Source: Takakia lepidozioides
Lineage: Eukaryota > Plantae > Bryophyta
Length of the DNA: 64,000 nucleotides
NCBI GenBank assembly: GCA_030704615.1
Contig: CM060732.1
Location: 30,442,001 to 30,506,000 of the forward strand
Direction of reading: 5' to 3'
In this document: positions 61,801 through 64,000 of the stretch, one piece after another
How positions within the stretch are numbered: position 1 is the stretch's first letter
Layout of the letters: each line of letters begins with the position of its first letter
Notes under the pieces: model-generated
Told to the model about the DNA's origin: nothing
The model's database searches: none
What the model saw: only the letters and a program-made list of their open reading frames with translations
Made by a program: the position numbers and the translations under genes

Positions 61801-63615
61801 TATAAAGTACCATACCATTTCATTTCATTTCATGTCCTGCATATGTAGAGATCGAGGCAGATACAATTTTGTACTCAATGTAGTGTACTCTAGTTAATTT
61901 GTGGAAGAGACTTTCTTTTGAGGACTTCAAGTGTCTTATACCCTACCTGCATGAGGCACTTCACCTTCAGATAATCTTTGATGTTTTCTGAAGAGGCTCT
62001 CCAACCTAGAGAATCACTTTGTGAGTAGTAGTATGGTGGTGTGATGTGAACGGGCTCATGGCTGGGGGAATGGGAGAGTTAGGCAAAGGGTGGGAGCCCA
62101 AAGCTTTATGTCTAAATGGAAGCCACATGATGCCAGGAGCCTTCCTTTATGTGAAGTCTGTGTAGCTTATGCTGAACTAGCAGGCAAGGTGGAGCCACCT
62201 CCCATAGGGCCTCTGAATAAACATGGACTATGGCTGACCAAACAGAGAGGTCAACATTGGCTGGCGTTGGGAGGGCCAGGCACAGACAAAATATAAGCAT
62301 ACCTTAAGTAACGATACCTTGTCGAAGGTATCTGGGCTACGGTACCCCACATAGATGGGGTGTACCTTGATTCGGGTACACTATCAAATAAGGTACATCC
62401 CAAAACGCTTGATGGTTAGCATGTCACCAGATCTGATCCCAGCGCTGTTCACTTCCTGTAAGTAGAGTAAACGGTCAGACTACGGTTTCTGGCACAACCT
62501 GTTTTCTGACTTGTATTTGTCCAGAAGTCTGGTAACCAACCTGCTTGTCCAGTAGGAGCTACTAATAGGGGACCATATTGTTTTGGTCAGCCATAGCTAA
62601 CTTTTATCCTCAGGAAGGTGCATTGTGACGAGTCTTCCAGAAAAATGAAGGGAAAGCCATCACCTCAATTTATGCTTCAGGATGGTTGTTGGGGGGCCAA
62701 GTATTCTATGCCTTTCATTTTTCTTTGTCCAAGAAGCTCTCTGCTTCCTAAGGACATTTTAAACTTCCTTTTTTTCTTCTTCCTTTCTCATTTGGAACTT
62801 TGTTTGGTCCCATATGCTCTTTTGGCCCCCAAAGGACATATGATACTTCTTCTGCTTTATCTCCATCTTCAGAACTTCTGTAAGAATGCGAACTTAAGAA
62901 ACAAGACGTTAATTGTACATATGTTCTATGCGTTACATTTAAAACTTCCAGTGACTCACCAGGCCTCCTCACTGTTAGGGGCATACCTCTTTCAGCTTGG
63001 CTCGGGCACCATTCAGCTCAATCATGACTTCATCCAGCTGGGCTTGAGCATCTGCCAACATTGCTCGCTTGGGGGCTACCTCTTTGCACACCAGATAGTA
63101 CGAGTGCATGGCCCTAGCCCACATGCAAATGGATGTGCATGCTTTTGATACTCTTGCTACCTGCACAAACAACACTGCTGATATGACCATTTCAAGTCGA
63201 CTCTATACTGGCAATCTGTCAGCGAATCGGTGCAACTGAACATGAACTCCATCAACATGACAAGTAGACCACACATGTATACTCTGTGAAACATATTTCA
63301 TATTTGTCTTTCAATCAATCAGCTCTTTCAAAACCTCCTCGCCTGATTGGCACCATGAAGAGATAAAAAAAGGGCGGACATGGTGACTTGACAACTGAAT
63401 GTGCATTTCAACTTTACTCTCATGTGGCAACAGCCAGGACATTGTATGACCTGTTCTGGAGTGAACGATTCCATCGCAATGTATGGTTCAATCTTGGTAA
63501 TAACTGCTTCAGGTATATTTTCCTTGTCAAAATTCAGTAAGGAATCCAGGAACACCGTTGGGTCCGTCAGCATCTTTGTGCTTGCATCCCAGTAATCAGG
63601 GATTTTCTTCCCCAT
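34846..63615 (-). CDS. Axonemal inner-arm dynein heavy chain (DNAH1-like): stalk, AAA5, AAA6 and C-terminus; 5' part beyond the window
   Basis: 18 GT-AG exons: 63451-63615, 62987-63160, 57887-58189, 57559-57717, 57013-57309, 56558-56755, 43882-44007, 43420-43692, 42707-42811, 42205-42420, 40862-41044, 40345-40497, 39708-40058, 39513-39617, 38500-38997, 36226-36378, 35497-35812, 34846-34967. Motifs [103 protein letters not shown]. Confidence 0.97.
36955..37760 (+). mobile_element. Family-B LINE (RTEX-like) 3' fragments in a dynein intron
   Basis: [30 protein letters not shown]; terminal CCCATAAGCTCTATGAGCTTTCCGCGGACGTTATGAAGTACCATTTCATTT. Confidence 0.8.
41270..42170. mobile_element. Stacked family-B LINE 3' ends (mostly minus; one plus at ~42040-42170)
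   Basis: Repeated (AAATG)n-GTACTTTATAACGTCC...AAGCTC..AGAGCTTATGGGAC units and [27 protein letters not shown] peptide. Confidence 0.85.
44440..49509 (-). mobile_element. Stacked family-B LINE 3' fragments, interrupted by LINE A copy 1
   Basis: Many B termini with (CATTT)n tails and [21 protein letters not shown]...HFFFYCPLY coding remnants. Confidence 0.85.
45567..47765 (+). mobile_element. Family-A LINE copy 1 (5'-truncated; RT + C-terminal CCHC), RTEX-like
   Basis: [59 protein letters not shown]...ED..HFLIHC; 1-bp frameshift at ~46505; 14-bp TSD TCTATCCGTACATT (45553-45566, 47766-47779). Confidence 0.95.
50812..51891 (-). pseudogene. pol: Copia RT C-half and RNase H
   Basis: [71 protein letters not shown]. 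Confidence 0.93.
51882..53162 (-). CDS. gag: Copia gag-protease (truncated before integrase)
   Basis: [12 protein letters not shown]2-like region, [39 protein letters not shown]. Confidence 0.93.
   Translation of the reverse strand: MGPQDITTTWTVEPLDGNNYKSWIYTMQLLLSSKSLWSIVAKKPSEDNLKEERWIQKNELAMVALVTNMRSKLVVLVRNLTTAHEVWQTLSEVYEADAMGKAYVLWKQLMDLRMREGESVAIHIATVKAMCLEIVDAGEPMTESLQIMTLFGTLPKSYDMVETALATHGKSRLSWKYVTSQLIMEESKLTRGSSSMDNALTATSIKKDGACFRCGKFGHFQKDCKVKIDKSKTDKWRPRKGKSIHAHVADMGNDSEVHLFMADAAYSRDEDYLLTTEGEHCGDEWYLDSGATNHMCGRKELFHNLKPIQPRSVKMGNKTFSVSTMMGEIPVNFIKKESKVTRCTLQKVLYVPDLAKNLISVSTLDELGYDVIFRNNACSIQKGNEELCYGVKEQRLYKLLSTSGTREEANVGIDSLPKLPALISCL
53577..53921 (-). mobile_element. Family-B LINE fragment (continuation of the copy split at 49509)
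   Basis: [32 protein letters not shown] resumes directly after the TSD. Confidence 0.85.
53922..54216 (-). mobile_element. Family-A LINE copy 4 (short 3' end)
   Basis: Matches the 3' 295 bp of copy 3; flanked by TTTTTGAGCCTAATAGA on both sides. Confidence 0.92.
54234..55964 (-). mobile_element. Family-A LINE copy 3 (5'-truncated within RT)
   Basis: Near-identical to copy 1 with its own 1-bp frameshift (~55372); TSD TTTTGAGCCTAATAGA (54218-54233, 55965-55980). Confidence 0.95.
55981..56081 (-). mobile_element. Family-B LINE 3' end (about 100 bp) in the same target site
   Basis: B terminus flanked by TGAGCCTAATAGA (55968-55980 and 56082-56094). Confidence 0.85.
58461..60450 (+). mobile_element. 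Old, heavily deleted Copia element
   Basis: Diverged LTR-like pair starting TGTTGAG (58461, 60203) sharing ACCTACTCAAG and TTGAGGTGCTTAGGTT.GAGGAAGCT...AGCTTCCTAGGT; remnants [20 protein letters not shown] and HIDIKFH; second LTR ends CTCAACA. Confidence 0.65.
60650..61835 (+). mobile_element. Stacked family-B LINE 3' fragments with (CATTT)n tails
   Basis: ORF 60850..61257 [27 protein letters not shown]...HFFYCPLY; four B termini ending near 61340, 61430, 61530 and 61810. Confidence 0.88.
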
Positions 63616-64000
63616 CTGCTTTTGATCATAAAACACAGGCATCCAGTTTATGTCAGACCCAAACCAACACAAAGACTTCCCATCCCTGTTAGTGTAGTAC
63701 TCTCTTTCTATATTCATCCCTCACGCCCTAGCTAGCTCTTCAGCTGTCTGCTTGTTGCCTGGTCGTGCTTGGAATTTCTTGTGGCTTTGCATAGATGGAT
63801 TGAAGCATATTTACACAAGGCTTACCACCTTAGATAATCAATTTGAAGTTGTATTGAAGTTTTATGGTTGTGGTAGCTGGTCATTTGGGGGCCCACTTTT
63901 CTGCCCTTTTGATTTCACTTTCCCCCAAAAGGTCTCTGAGTTTCCGTGGATGTTAAAGTTCCACATCCGGTTCAAAACCTGAACTCAATATCCCAGCCCT

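Noticed and set aside
62310-62420. Cluster of short palindromes (GATACCTT...AAGGTATC, GTACC...GGTAC)
   Set aside because: Stems are short with no second copy or termini in the window; no call can be supported.

Overview
Eukaryotic, intron-rich, TE-rich DNA, most likely from a streptophyte with flagellated sperm (bryophyte, lycophyte, fern or charophyte). This is inferred from a plant-type NUMOD3 gene next to an axonemal dynein. Three host genes: (1) the 3' part of a NUMOD3-domain gene (+, 1834-4554); (2) a 10-exon gene for a ~492-aa signal peptide + Venus-flytrap (PBP type 1) + single-TM protein with a very short tail (+, 10983-17765); (3) the 3' part (18 exons) of an inner-arm DNAH1-like dynein heavy chain (-, 34846 to >63615). 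Between them lies a TE island: a degenerate Ty3/Gypsy element whose polyprotein carries a complete DNMT3-like C5 cytosine methyltransferase domain upstream of RT and a C-terminal PHD finger, a second diverged inverted fragment of the same methyltransferase region, a Sola-like DNA transposon and an L1 fragment. The dynein introns hold nested retroelements: two RTEX-like LINE families, one of which repeatedly inserts at TCTAT sites inside the other, and a young internally deleted Copia with an inverted templated patch at its deletion junction. A tRNA-derived, poly(T)-tailed SINE is present in three copies. All calls come from reading motifs by eye; no searches were run.
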